Origin: a virus | Lineage: Duplodnaviria > Caudoviricetes | DNA length: 30,648 nt | Direction: 5' to 3' (one strand) | Virus record (IMG/VR): IMGVR_UViG_3300016263_000533 | Location: 1-30,648 of that record | Part shown: positions 19,085 through 27,547 of the stretch, piece by piece | How positions within the stretch are numbered: the stretch's first letter is position 1 | Layout of the letters: every line of letters begins with the position of its first letter | Position numbers and translations under genes: made by a program | The notes under the pieces: generated by a model | Databases searched by the model: none | What the model was told of the DNA's origin: nothing | The model's input: the letters and a program-made list of their open reading frames with translations, nothing else

Positions 19085-21087
19085 GCCATTCCTCCAGTGG
19101 TGGCTTGTGGTTCCGTTGCGGCGGGTGCCTCAACGGGTTGGGTGATATTGCTCGAGAAGCCTGGCTGGCCTCCCACCAATGCCTCGGCCGCCTGGCCCGA
19201 CAGACCGCCGGCGGCGGTCATTGCCGCCAGGGCGTCGGGCTGGCCTTGCGCCTGCATCATCCTGGCCTGTGCGTCGAGCGCAGCCTGGGTGTCGCCCATC
19301 AGCATTCTTTGGTGGGCCATGACGTGTAGATCAATAATTTCCTTGACGGCAGGATCAGCAAGTTCGTATGCCGGGGACTTGCGTTCGCGGTTGTGGATGT
19401 TGATGTGGACGTCATGAAGGTCGAAATCTTCTGGGACCACTGGGACACCTTGCATAAGAAGGCCATTTTCCCACTGAGCCTTAGAAGCGTCAGGGTCGAC
19501 CTGAGCGAGATACCCCTTGGGGTCTGGGAGGTCCAGCATTTTTGCCAGAGCAAGCGGGTCAATGTTCTGGAAAGCCTGCGGGAAGCGGTCCGCCAGAGAG
19601 GTAATGACCGACTGAGTAGCCAACTTGCTGCGAGGACTCGTAGCGTCCAGCGGTACCACGACTTTTGGTTTTTCATCGATGTCTTGTGCTCCCCATGAGA
19701 TGTCGAGCGGTTGCCCGTGATCGTTGATGATGGTGGCCTTGCGTTGCATTCCGCTGGCCTCCGCATTCATACGATACAGCATAAGGGTCATTTGCGCGAT
19801 GATCGCCCAGCCTTTTGCCTGGTCGCGGGCCATTGGGCCGAGCGGCGTGTCGTCCTTCTCGGCCAAGAGCGACAAAGCCAGACCCGAGTTGCGGTCGCCA
19901 GGTGCCTGGCCGCGGCTAACAGAGTGGGTGTGGAAGATGTCGTCGAGTTCCATTTCAAGCGCGGCGGCCTCGTTGCTGATCCAGCGCGGCACGTCGGGCG
20001 CGGTCTGCCAGTGAGGCTCACCAAGCTCGGCGTTGTATTCCAGAGTGTCGCCGGGGTCGCTGGTGATGATGTCGGCATCATCGATTGATCCGGCGGGGAT
20101 CATCAGACGCGCGTTGGCGGCCTTGCGCATATGCTCCATAATCGTTGAGCGGGCACGGTTGTATGCGTACTGCACGTCGCGGGCCGGAGTACACAGCGTG
20201 TGGCCAACCCAGGTGTTTGGAATCTTTTTCTGGCGGAACAAAGCCACGTTGAGGTGGGCAAACGGGAACGGCCAGCCATCTTCCTGCAACACAACTTTGT
20301 TGTTGACGACGTGGACAATGCAGCCAGGGGTCGACGGCGTGGGACGCTCGTAGTAGACGTAAACCATTGTCGTCTGCGGGGCCTGGTTGCCGGGGCGGCG
20401 CATGAGAATTGAGCGGGCGCGCGAAGTCAGCACGGCCTCGGCGTCGGGGCTTGGCATCCAGTCGAGGTTGTAACGCTCTTTGACTTGCGCCGGCGGCAGG
20501 CTGGTGGCGCGAATCCACCAACGGGCATCAGCAGGGTCTTGCGTGCCAGGCTCGAGGGTAAATTCGTTGATACCGAGCGGGGTCAGGCGCACGCCGCCAT
20601 CAGGGATCGCCACGCCGGTCTGCATATCGACGTAGTAGTCGTCGCCCAATTCGGGGTCCCAGTCAACGCAGACAGCCGCGGCACCGCCAAAAAAGGCTTG
20701 CAAAAGGGCGGTTTCGCGCACGAGCTCCCAGTCGCGTTCGTGCTGTTCTGCGATGAGCAACTGCTCCTGGAGCCGTTGTTTGCGCATCGAGGAGTCGTCG
20801 GTCCCCTGCGGCTGGACCTCGAAGACCAGTTCGGAGCGCATCATGCGCGCAAGAAGGGACGACAGTCGCGGGCCGTACTTGTCGACGGTGATGCGCGAAT
20901 CCTTCTCTGCTTCGGTGCGGTAGTCGAGTTCCTGCACCATCGTGCGGGTCGAGTCCCACCAAATCCACTGCTGGCCTAGGTAGTAGGAGCCGTTCAGCCA
21001 GTAGTCGCGACGCTCTTTGACTAAATACGAATCAGCATCGCGCCAAAGGTTCAAGACCTTCGCCGGTTCAGGCGGGGACCATGTCAC
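19081..21087 (-). CDS. Portal protein (P22-like, 668 aa)
   Basis: YYLGQQW, ARDVQYAYNRARS, HSVSRG...NSGLAL motifs; size and position after terL. Confidence 0.85.
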   Translation of the reverse strand: MTWSPPEPAKVLNLWRDADSYLVKERRDYWLNGSYYLGQQWIWWDSTRTMVQELDYRTEAEKDSRITVDKYGPRLSSLLARMMRSELVFEVQPQGTDDSSMRKQRLQEQLLIAEQHERDWELVRETALLQAFFGGAAAVCVDWDPELGDDYYVDMQTGVAIPDGGVRLTPLGINEFTLEPGTQDPADARWWIRATSLPPAQVKERYNLDWMPSPDAEAVLTSRARSILMRRPGNQAPQTTMVYVYYERPTPSTPGCIVHVVNNKVVLQEDGWPFPFAHLNVALFRQKKIPNTWVGHTLCTPARDVQYAYNRARSTIMEHMRKAANARLMIPAGSIDDADIITSDPGDTLEYNAELGEPHWQTAPDVPRWISNEAAALEMELDDIFHTHSVSRGQAPGDRNSGLALSLLAEKDDTPLGPMARDQAKGWAIIAQMTLMLYRMNAEASGMQRKATIINDHGQPLDISWGAQDIDEKPKVVVPLDATSPRSKLATQSVITSLADRFPQAFQNIDPLALAKMLDLPDPKGYLAQVDPDASKAQWENGLLMQGVPVVPEDFDLHDVHINIHNRERKSPAYELADPAVKEIIDLHVMAHQRMLMGDTQAALDAQARMMQAQGQPDALAAMTAAGGLSGQAAEALVGGQPGFSSNITQPVEAPAATEPQATTGGMA

Positions 21088-21299
21088 GGACCTACTCCTT
21101 CGATTGGGTTACGCCAGGAATGGTACGTCTTTTCAGCATCGGATTCAGCAGGCTTGCTGCGACGGCGCGGTGCGCGTTCGATGGCCGCGATCTCCCCGGC
21201 GTGGCGAGCAATGGCTGCGTACGTCAACTTGCGGTTCTCGTAGACCAAGAACGCGGCCAGCGCGCTATTGGCCGCGGCAACCAAGGCCAGCCAGATCAC
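21084..21299 (-). CDS. Small membrane-anchored protein (71 aa)
   Basis: N-terminal hydrophobic helix; GTGA-coupled on both sides. Confidence 0.65.
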   Translation of the reverse strand: MIWLALVAAANSALAAFLVYENRKLTYAAIARHAGEIAAIERAPRRRSKPAESDAEKTYHSWRNPIEGVGP

Positions 21300-21709
21300 T
21301 TCGTGCCTTTCGGCGGCGGAACGACCCTAAATTCAGTCGTGTCGGCCTGAGTGTCCGCGGGGACGACTGGGGTGACGTTGACGGCCTTGATGATGGCGAT
21401 GGTGTTCTCGAGTTCCTCGACGCGATCCTTGAGGGCCTTGTTCATGTTGCTGAGGCCTTGGCTAAGTTCTTCAAGGACCTTGTATGCGTTGGTCGGCCGG
21501 AGCTCGATGCCGCGGTGGTCCCTCACCATGTCTGCCAGGGTCAGGGCACAGTCGGCACAGATGTAGAGACGCCGGTTTGCCGACGGGTTGGGGTCTTCTG
21601 GCGCGTTGGGCCAGTCCAGGTCGAAGCCCGTGTCGATGGCCGGCAGGTTGCTGCTGTTGCATAACGTGCAGCACCCCGGCAGATAGTTGTAATGGTGGAC
21701 GACAAGCAT
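21296..21709 (-). CDS. Zn-finger (CxxC...CxxC) plus coiled-coil protein (137 aa)
   Basis: CTLC and ICADC motifs; LSNMNKALKDRVEELE heptads; GGAGG RBS. Confidence 0.75.
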   Translation of the reverse strand: MLVVHHYNYLPGCCTLCNSSNLPAIDTGFDLDWPNAPEDPNPSANRRLYICADCALTLADMVRDHRGIELRPTNAYKVLEELSQGLSNMNKALKDRVEELENTIAIIKAVNVTPVVPADTQADTTEFRVVPPPKGTK

Positions 21710-21712
21710 CAG

Positions 21713-23314
21713 TTACCTCCAGACGTTCCGACGTTTGCCTTGGCGATCAAGTTTTTCCATAAATTTCTGCACGCGACCCTCAGCCCCTGGCGCGTACTTT
21801 TTCTTGTCCCGCTTCGATAGTTCGTATGGTCTACACCCTAACAGATAGCGCAGGGCGTCGACGGCATGGTCTTCGTCGCGGCTGTCGAGGTCTTCTGGGT
21901 TGGTTTGGTCGTGGCGCATGAGGGGAATCGTGCGCACAAGGTTCTGGCAGGAGTTGAAAATTTTGAGTCGGACCTTGCCGTCGACAGGGTGGGCCATCAT
22001 GTAGCGGCGCATATTCTGCCAACCGCCGACTCGAGCGTTTTTGGCCTTGGTGACGACAACACCTTGGGCGTTGTATTGCGCTGCCACCGTCGTGCCCAAG
22101 CCGGCGACGTTGGAGAAGGTCGACGGGTCGATCACGGTAATAGAAATGTTTTCGCCCTTGCCGTGCTCGTCGACGCTCATGGACTTCACGAGGCGCGCCT
22201 GTTCGGCGGTCGTCAAGTTCTTTTGGTAGGCCTCACGGTAGATGTACATCGTTCCGTCCGATGGGTCGAGCGCACCCCAAAGGCAGCAGAACGGGTTAGC
22301 AGTACCGAAGTCGATGGCCCTAAACCTTTGCCATGTTTCTGGTATCGCAAAAGGCTCAATGACGTGGGTTTGGCGGTCAAATTCACCGAAATACTGGCCG
22401 GAGAAGGTATCCCAGTCGCCAAGCAACTTTTGCCGACGCTCGACCTCGGGCAGCATCGACAGGTGCTTCTTGTACGTCGGGTCGATAAATGGGTTGTCGA
22501 TGACTGTTGACGGAACAAACGCGACGATCAGGTGCTTGTCGGGGTCGTGGTCGATCTCGACCTTCTCGAGTTCGGCCAGGTCGTCTGGCAGCGGGACGAC
22601 CCGCACGATGTCCGGGTTCTCGAATCCTTCACTGACGTCGTACACAACAGCGTTCCTGCCGTAGTGCGTGGGGGTTACTAGCATCTGGTACAGGAATTGG
22701 TGGCCCTTGTCGCCTGGGTTAGTGGCGAACATGACGTGGGTCCGGACGCCGGCGGCGGCCATTTTGCGGCTGGTGCGGAGGCGGCCTGAGATCATCAGCA
22801 TTTGGTACGGCGAGAATTGTGTGGCCTCATCGAAGGCCACGAAGTCGTATTCGGCTGACATGAACTGGCCGACGTCTTCGTCGCGGGCGCAGTAGCCATA
22901 TTCGATAATTGACCCGTTTTCGTACCACCAGGCCTTCATGTTGTCCACGGATCGCAACTGGGCCTTGACTTTCAACTGCGCATAGCGCACCTGGGTGCGG
23001 ATAATCAGCGACCGGCGCAATTCGGGCAGGCTGGTTCGGATCAGCAGGCTGCGGTGGCCGGGGTAGCGCATCGAGAGGTTGTGAGCGTGGTAGGTGATGA
23101 GTTCCGACTTCCCACCACCCGCCGCGCCCCCGTAGAGGAGCCAATCCACCTTGTTGAGCAAGATGTTGGCCCTCGACTGCCGGTCGTTCCCGACGAGCGA
23201 CCAGGCAGATAGGTCTTCTTCTAGAAGTTGTAAGTATTCGTCTTGTTCGGCCGCGGTCAGCGACGCAAACTCCTCATCGGTCAGGAGGAGGGTCTTGTCG
23301 ACCGTTATGCTCAT
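21713..23314 (-). CDS. terL: Terminase large subunit
   Basis: Walker A YGGAAGGGKS, Walker B FVAFDEAT, ATNPG coupling motif, nuclease motifs AIDFG and DHAVDALRY. Confidence 0.95.
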   Translation of the reverse strand: MSITVDKTLLLTDEEFASLTAAEQDEYLQLLEEDLSAWSLVGNDRQSRANILLNKVDWLLYGGAAGGGKSELITYHAHNLSMRYPGHRSLLIRTSLPELRRSLIIRTQVRYAQLKVKAQLRSVDNMKAWWYENGSIIEYGYCARDEDVGQFMSAEYDFVAFDEATQFSPYQMLMISGRLRTSRKMAAAGVRTHVMFATNPGDKGHQFLYQMLVTPTHYGRNAVVYDVSEGFENPDIVRVVPLPDDLAELEKVEIDHDPDKHLIVAFVPSTVIDNPFIDPTYKKHLSMLPEVERRQKLLGDWDTFSGQYFGEFDRQTHVIEPFAIPETWQRFRAIDFGTANPFCCLWGALDPSDGTMYIYREAYQKNLTTAEQARLVKSMSVDEHGKGENISITVIDPSTFSNVAGLGTTVAAQYNAQGVVVTKAKNARVGGWQNMRRYMMAHPVDGKVRLKIFNSCQNLVRTIPLMRHDQTNPEDLDSRDEDHAVDALRYLLGCRPYELSKRDKKKYAPGAEGRVQKFMEKLDRQGKRRNVWR

Positions 23315-23811
23315 CCGGCGTCGCCAGCAATGGCGCGAAGGCCGCCCTCCACGCGACGCTTCGCCTCAAGCTTCAACTCCTCAAAGCGGTTTTTCCGCTG
23401 GTCGGGGCTCTCGGATTCCTGGCTGGACGAGATTGTGGTCGGCTCGCCCATCTCCAGACGGAAGATGTCGTGCCAAACCTTGCCGATCTTGGTGGCTTCT
23501 TCAGCGGTCTTGATCTCCCATTCGCCGCCCAAGACCCGCAGGCCGTGGTCAGCGATGATCGACAGGGCGATTGCGGGCAACTGGTCGCGGTCGACCTCTG
23601 AGGCGACCTTGGTGAGGCCCAGTTTGGCGATCTGGTCTTGCCGGCGGCGGTATTCGTCGGCGTTCTCCATTCGGGCTATTTTCTTGTCTTCGCGGCCTTT
23701 AGCGCGGGCATTTTCGGCCTTGTCGCGGTCTTCTTTGGTGAATTTGTACGACGCGACCACTTCTGCCACCGGCACCGGCTCGAGAATCGGCTTTTCTTTC
23801 TTCGTTGCCAT
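23311..23811 (-). CDS. terS: Probable terminase small subunit (166 aa)
   Basis: Immediately upstream of terL with ATGA overlap; helical and charged; GGAGGA RBS. Function from position. Confidence 0.65.
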   Translation of the reverse strand: MATKKEKPILEPVPVAEVVASYKFTKEDRDKAENARAKGREDKKIARMENADEYRRRQDQIAKLGLTKVASEVDRDQLPAIALSIIADHGLRVLGGEWEIKTAEEATKIGKVWHDIFRLEMGEPTTISSSQESESPDQRKNRFEELKLEAKRRVEGGLRAIAGDAG

Positions 23812-23823
23812 CAGTCCTCCGAC

Positions 23824-24519
23824 TTATGCGTTGTCACTTATTGTGCCATTCAGGGCGTGAAATTTCCATACTTGCATAGCAAGCTCGACGACGCCTTGGA
23901 TCGCCGCGTTTTCTTCCGCGGTGATAACTCCGGCCTGAACACCTTCGTGCGCAAGGTTGCCAACGTAGGACGCGCCCATAAAGAGAGCAGCAGCGGTCCT
24001 CGACTGAATCGGGTCTTCCCAGCCGGCCATGATGAGCGCAGCGGCGGCCTGGGCGGTGAGTTGCGATGCCCCGAGCGTGGGGGTTACCTCCATAACGAGG
24101 CGGGTCTGCTTGGGGATGTCTGTCTTTTCCAACTTCAGTGGTTTCCTTTGTAGGGCCAACTGTTCCCAGTCGGGTCGGTTTCGGTTCTCGAATCCCCGAA
24201 TGACGGCCTTCTCCCGCCGTATAGGCGCGGGTACGTCGATCTTGGGCTGCTGTAGAGAGATGACCACAGGTTCTGTTTGTCCTTCGCGTATGCGCTGTCT
24301 CTCACGCGGGCTTTTACCCCCAAACATCCCAAACCGATCGTTATCCGGGTCTTGAGCCATAGCCTCGGCAAGGCATTCTTCGCGTACATCGCAGCGGTTG
24401 CAGTAGGAACGAGCAACAGCAAAGTAATCGCGGCCTTGCGGCCTCTCTGGGAACCAAATGTTCGCGTCAAGGCCACGGCAAACCGCATCATGCCACCAGA
24501 ATTCACGATTTACGTCCAC
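23824..24519 (-). CDS. whiB: WhiB-family Fe-S transcription factor with long C-terminal extension
   Basis: W..DAVCRG...WFP...CNRCDVREECL...GMFGGKSPRER (four Cys plus G[IV]WGG-like turn). Start likely GTG 24519; the track's start at 24597 lies deeper in the HNH gene. Confidence 0.85.
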   Translation of the reverse strand: MDVNREFWWHDAVCRGLDANIWFPERPQGRDYFAVARSYCNRCDVREECLAEAMAQDPDNDRFGMFGGKSPRERQRIREGQTEPVVISLQQPKIDVPAPIRREKAVIRGFENRNRPDWEQLALQRKPLKLEKTDIPKQTRLVMEVTPTLGASQLTAQAAAALIMAGWEDPIQSRTAAALFMGASYVGNLAHEGVQAGVITAEENAAIQGVVELAMQVWKFHALNGTISDNA

Positions 24520-24937
24520 CGCTCGCCGCTGCACAGACTCGGCACCGGCGCGAACCGTTGCTAGGTTGAATGTAGACATTCTCAGAGGTGTATTCATGCC
24601 CTTTCGGGCAATGTGTTTTGCGAAAATTGCCGTTGTTCCGAGCGTTCTCCCTGTTGGGTAGTAGTCGAAGATGGCTCGGATTGCAGCATTTGCGGTTGTA
24701 ACAAGTGTGATCGACCGTCATGTCGTTCGGGATGTCATCATTGTGATGCAAAATCCAAGCAACACGATGAGCAAGCCTTACGCTTTTGCCGTCCCAGGTC
24801 TGACCATAACCATGCGATCCGCTTGACTGCTTCCATGGCCAACATTCGTCTTCGCCCCGAACGTCAACGCGCGTCCACCAGTCCATTGCGCGCAATTTGT
24901 CAATGTCCAAAGGGTATTTGGTTGGCGTAATGCTCAA
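24503..24937 (-). CDS. Free-standing HNH (His-Me finger) homing endonuclease
   Basis: ECWPW...GYG...AHRVAW...VDHTCYNRKCCNPSHL...N and C-terminal THCPKGHEYT..N...RRCRVC; more AT-rich than flanks. Confidence 0.9.
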   Translation of the reverse strand: MSITPTKYPLDIDKLRAMDWWTRVDVRGEDECWPWKQSSGSHGYGQTWDGKSVRLAHRVAWILHHNDDIPNDMTVDHTCYNRKCCNPSHLRLLPNRENARNNGNFRKTHCPKGHEYTSENVYIQPSNGSRRCRVCAAASGGRKS

Positions 24938-25320
24938 AACGGCTCGCTTTCTGGCCCGTCATACTGCGGTGTTTGACTTTGCGGGGCCCTTGCGCCCTTG
25001 TCGATGGTGACGGTGGCGAATCGGAGGTTGGCTGCGACGTCTTCGGCGACCAGTTCGGTCGAGTAGCCGGTGCTTCCGTCCTTCTTTTCGTACTTCCGAC
25101 GCTGGAAACGGCCGATCACGACAACTCGAGCACCTTTGGAGAGGCTCGCCGCGCAGTTTTCGGCCAGTTCACCGAAGCAGGAGACGTCCATCCAGAGCGG
25201 TTCATCGGTCTTTTTGCCGTTCGACACGCCGATAGTGAAACTACAGATGGGCAAGCTGCTGCTGGTGTAACGCAGTTCGGGCTCTTTGGCCAGGTTGCCG
25301 ATCATGGTCATGTGGTTCAT
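24934..25320 (-). CDS. ssb: Single-stranded DNA-binding protein (128 aa)
   Basis: MIGNLAKEPELRYT...LAENCAASLSKGARVVVIGR...; acidic tail ESEPF. Start moved to ATG 25320. Confidence 0.93.
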   Translation of the reverse strand: MNHMTMIGNLAKEPELRYTSSSLPICSFTIGVSNGKKTDEPLWMDVSCFGELAENCAASLSKGARVVVIGRFQRRKYEKKDGSTGYSTELVAEDVAANLRFATVTIDKGARAPQSQTPQYDGPESEPF

Positions 25321-25658
25321 TGGACTATCTCCCATACGGTGGTGGTTCTTTTGTGTGCTGTCAAGGCTTTCACCCCTGAATCGCGCAGGATTCCAAGCTC
25401 GACAAGTTCTTTGCGCCGCGACCGGCAACCCGAGGGGCTCAATTTGAGGTTGAGTTCAGCAACGAGGTCGATGAGTTCTTCGTCGGTCATTGAGTTGCGG
25501 ACACGGAACGCGGCCATGACGATCTTTTGGCCTTTGGTTAGGTCGACGGATGCCGCCGCCTGGAAACTGGTGGTTGGGTCGCCCCAGCGGGTCATCTGCT
25601 TCGGGTCCTTGTAGTAGCGGCTGCGGCCTTCTTCCCAGAGCATCATTTGGTCACTCAT
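25317..25658 (-). CDS. Winged-HTH DNA-binding protein (DPxTSxxAA family)
   Basis: RWGDPTTSFQAA...MTDEEL...SGCRSRRKELVELG...DSG...VW; start likely ATG 25658. Confidence 0.75.
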   Translation of the reverse strand: MSDQMMLWEEGRSRYYKDPKQMTRWGDPTTSFQAAASVDLTKGQKIVMAAFRVRNSMTDEELIDLVAELNLKLSPSGCRSRRKELVELGILRDSGVKALTAHKRTTTVWEIVQ

Positions 25659-25848
25659 AGCGCGTGGCCTCAACTGGGTTTGCCAAAAGATTGTGATACG
25701 TCAGTACAGCTTCAATTGAATCACGCAGGATTCTCAATTTTTCTTCGTTCCAGCGGCCGACGGTCACTCCGCCAGAGTGCATTTCGGCCAGCAGCAAAAA
25801 AGACATCGACAGGAGGTGTAGAAACATATGGCGTTCTTGGTCACTCAT
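25651..25848 (-). CDS. Hypothetical protein (65 aa)
   Basis: Fills the gap between neighbours with 8-bp overlaps. Confidence 0.6.
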   Translation of the reverse strand: MSDQERHMFLHLLSMSFLLLAEMHSGGVTVGRWNEEKLRILRDSIEAVLTYHNLLANPVEATRYE

Positions 25849-26500
25849 CGTTGTTCCCCGAGTAAATCAACAGCAGTTCGTCTTCGGTCATTGTTTCATC
25901 TCGATCAGACAGCAGTTTTTGTAGGTCAAGGGCTGCGCCATAGGCGTCGTAGAGCGCGTGGTGCGGGGCCTGCGATCTGTGTTGCCAGCCGTTGTTACCC
26001 CAGGCCACGCCACCGTGGTTGCCGTAGGCCATTGACCGGATGCAAAGCGTGCGGTAGTCGAACGGGTCTTTTTCGCCGGCGTCGCGCAGCAACTTGTCGA
26101 CAAAAGGCTTGTCGAAACTGGCGGGGCTGGCCGCGAAAACGGGCTTTGTGGTGAGGTGTGCGGTCATGCCGGCGACGAAGTCGCAGAACATCGACGCCAC
26201 TTCGCGCTCCCGGAAACGCACACCTTCGCCGCGCCACGCGGCCTTTTGCACGTCGATGGGTTGACGCAGCCACCACGACAGGGTGGATTGTGGGTCCATC
26301 ACTGTCGAGAACCAGTCGGACGCCTGAATCCATTCGCTCTGGTCGATGGTTTCGTAGAAGTAGTTCGCGTCGATGGTTGCGCATTCACCGTCAAATGTGA
26401 CGACGACGCAACCAATGCTGAAGATCACGTCTTGCGTCGGGTCGACACCGGATGTTTCGATGTCGGTGACGAAGAACGTCTGGGGACTATTGAGTGTCAT
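25841..26500 (-). CDS. DEDDh 3'-5' exonuclease (DnaQ/RNase T superfamily)
   Basis: ExoI DIETSG, ExoII SFDKPF, ExoIII HHALYDA; AGGAGG RBS. Confidence 0.88.
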   Translation of the reverse strand: MTLNSPQTFFVTDIETSGVDPTQDVIFSIGCVVVTFDGECATIDANYFYETIDQSEWIQASDWFSTVMDPQSTLSWWLRQPIDVQKAAWRGEGVRFREREVASMFCDFVAGMTAHLTTKPVFAASPASFDKPFVDKLLRDAGEKDPFDYRTLCIRSMAYGNHGGVAWGNNGWQHRSQAPHHALYDAYGAALDLQKLLSDRDETMTEDELLLIYSGNNDE

Positions 26501-26666
26501 CGGCTTGTGCCTCCTGCTTATTGTTCCACGGGGAACATTCAGCTTGAAGGCGGCCGAAGAAGGCCCAGACGTTCACTTGTTCCTCGACGGTGATCTCGAG
26601 GTCGGAACGTAGCCTGTAACGGATTTCTTCGAGCATGGTGACTCCCCTGTGCGCTTGGTAAGACAT
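26487..26666 (-). CDS. Hypothetical protein (59 aa; not in ORF track)
   Basis: MSYQAHRGVTMLEEIRYRLRSDLEITVEEQVNVWAFFGRLQAECSPWNNKQEAQADDTQ. TAATG-coupled; alternative ATG at 26636 has a GGGGAG RBS. Confidence 0.6.
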   Translation of the reverse strand: MSYQAHRGVTMLEEIRYRLRSDLEITVEEQVNVWAFFGRLQAECSPWNNKQEAQADDTQ

Positions 26667-26938
26667 TACTCGATAACACGCTTGTCGTCAAGCATTTCTT
26701 GATACTGAAGCTCGAAGATGCCGATCATGTCAGGCCGCTCGCGACGCACCCATTCGAGCGCACGCTGCCGGATGAAGTTGTTCCGTGCAGCGGATCGCCG
26801 CGACGCCTCACGACCGTTGTCCGTAGATCGATACTTCTGGCCATAGAGCCTCGAAGCTTCTTTGCATTCAGCGCAGCGGCAACCCTGGCCCGCATAGCCA
26901 TAGAGAGTCCCGTGAGAAATTGTTGGGTCTACTTGCAT
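26666..26938 (-). CDS. Zn-binding HGT..GY...CRC..C protein (90 aa), putative DNA-binding regulator
   Basis: HGTLYGYAGQGCRCAECKEA motif of actinophage type; AGGAGG RBS before ATG 26938. Confidence 0.75.
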   Translation of the reverse strand: MQVDPTISHGTLYGYAGQGCRCAECKEASRLYGQKYRSTDNGREASRRSAARNNFIRQRALEWVRRERPDMIGIFELQYQEMLDDKRVIE

Positions 26939-26943
26939 TGTGT

Positions 26944-26962
26944 CCTCCTGTACGCTACTGTA
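26944..26962 (-). promoter_or_regulatory. -10 element and RBS heading the middle operon
   Basis: TACAGT (26962-57) followed by AGGAGG (26949-44); no clear -35. Confidence 0.5.
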
Positions 26963-26996
26963 ACACACGTCGAGTAACGGCGACACCCACGCGCAC

Positions 26997-27038
26997 AGAC
27001 CCCCCGGCTCTCCGCAGGCCGGGGGGTCTTCGTTTTTC
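26997..27038 (+). terminator. Intrinsic terminator-like hairpin (U-tract on + strand; possibly bidirectional)
   Basis: Perfect 12-bp stem AGACCCCCCGGC / GCCGGGGGGTCT followed by TCGTTTTTC. Confidence 0.75.
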
Positions 27039-27049
27039 TAGTGGGATGC

Positions 27050-27079
27050 TTGACATCTTCGCGGCCTCGGGTGTATCCT
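27050..27079 (+). promoter_or_regulatory. Sigma70-type promoter facing the non-coding region
   Basis: TTGACA (27050-55), 18-nt spacer, TATCCT (27074-79); no credible + strand CDS downstream. Confidence 0.7.
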
Positions 27080-27085
27080 CCGATC

Positions 27086-27364
27086 TGTCCACCCCAGCAG
27101 CCAGCTGGGAAGGCGCGTGAAATAGGGTTCCCCAGCACCAACAGACAGTCTGGGGACCTGGCTGTTACTGAATCTGTTGCGGCACCCAACCCGGGAATGA
27201 CAGGCGAGAAATCCTGTGAGCCAAGCACAACAGAGGTGGCCCTCGAGGAGTGATCCGGGCCCTGGCGGTCAGGTAGATGTGAATCACGCTGCACGGACAA
27301 GGCTTTCTGGTAGTGACGCCGAATCTGACGGGTTGAGCCTCTAATCAACTTGGGGGGGAAGGGG
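27086..27364 (+). ncRNA. Candidate structured non-coding RNA (~270 nt) ending in a G-tract
   Basis: Downstream of a consensus promoter; at least six stems found by eye; ends GGGGGGGAAGGGG. Family not recognised. Confidence 0.5.
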
Positions 27365-27505
27365 CCCAGTCTGCCCGGGCAACAACAGTGAGGCGCGAGC
27401 CCCCAGGGCGAAGCGCAACCCAACTGAGCGACAGCGAAGGCGGGAGAAACACCAACCCGAGACAGACCGGCAACCACGGCACAGAACGAACCGCGAAAAG
27501 CGGCC

Positions 27506-27547
27506 TGTGGACAAGACCCAGAGTCATCCACAGACGGCTGTGGACAA
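27506..27547. promoter_or_regulatory. Cluster of three DnaA boxes
   Basis: TGTGGACAA (reverse complement TTGTCCACA) at 27506-14 and 27539-47, with TCATCCACA at 27524-32 in the opposite orientation; matches TT(G/A)TCCACA. Confidence 0.7.

Noticed and set aside
22520-22670. Possible intein or intron in terL
   Set aside because: The extra acidic loop is short, lacks Cys/His-Asn splice motifs, and the frame is continuous.
27160-27260. RNA I-like antisense promoter opposite the candidate primer RNA
   Set aside because: No convincing minus-strand -10/-35 pair, so antisense copy control is not claimed.
27086-27440. tRNA, tmRNA, hammerhead or HDV-like ribozyme identity for the structured region
   Set aside because: No T-loop/CCA cloverleaf, no CUGANGA...GAAA core and no HDV nested pseudoknot found by eye; left unclassified.
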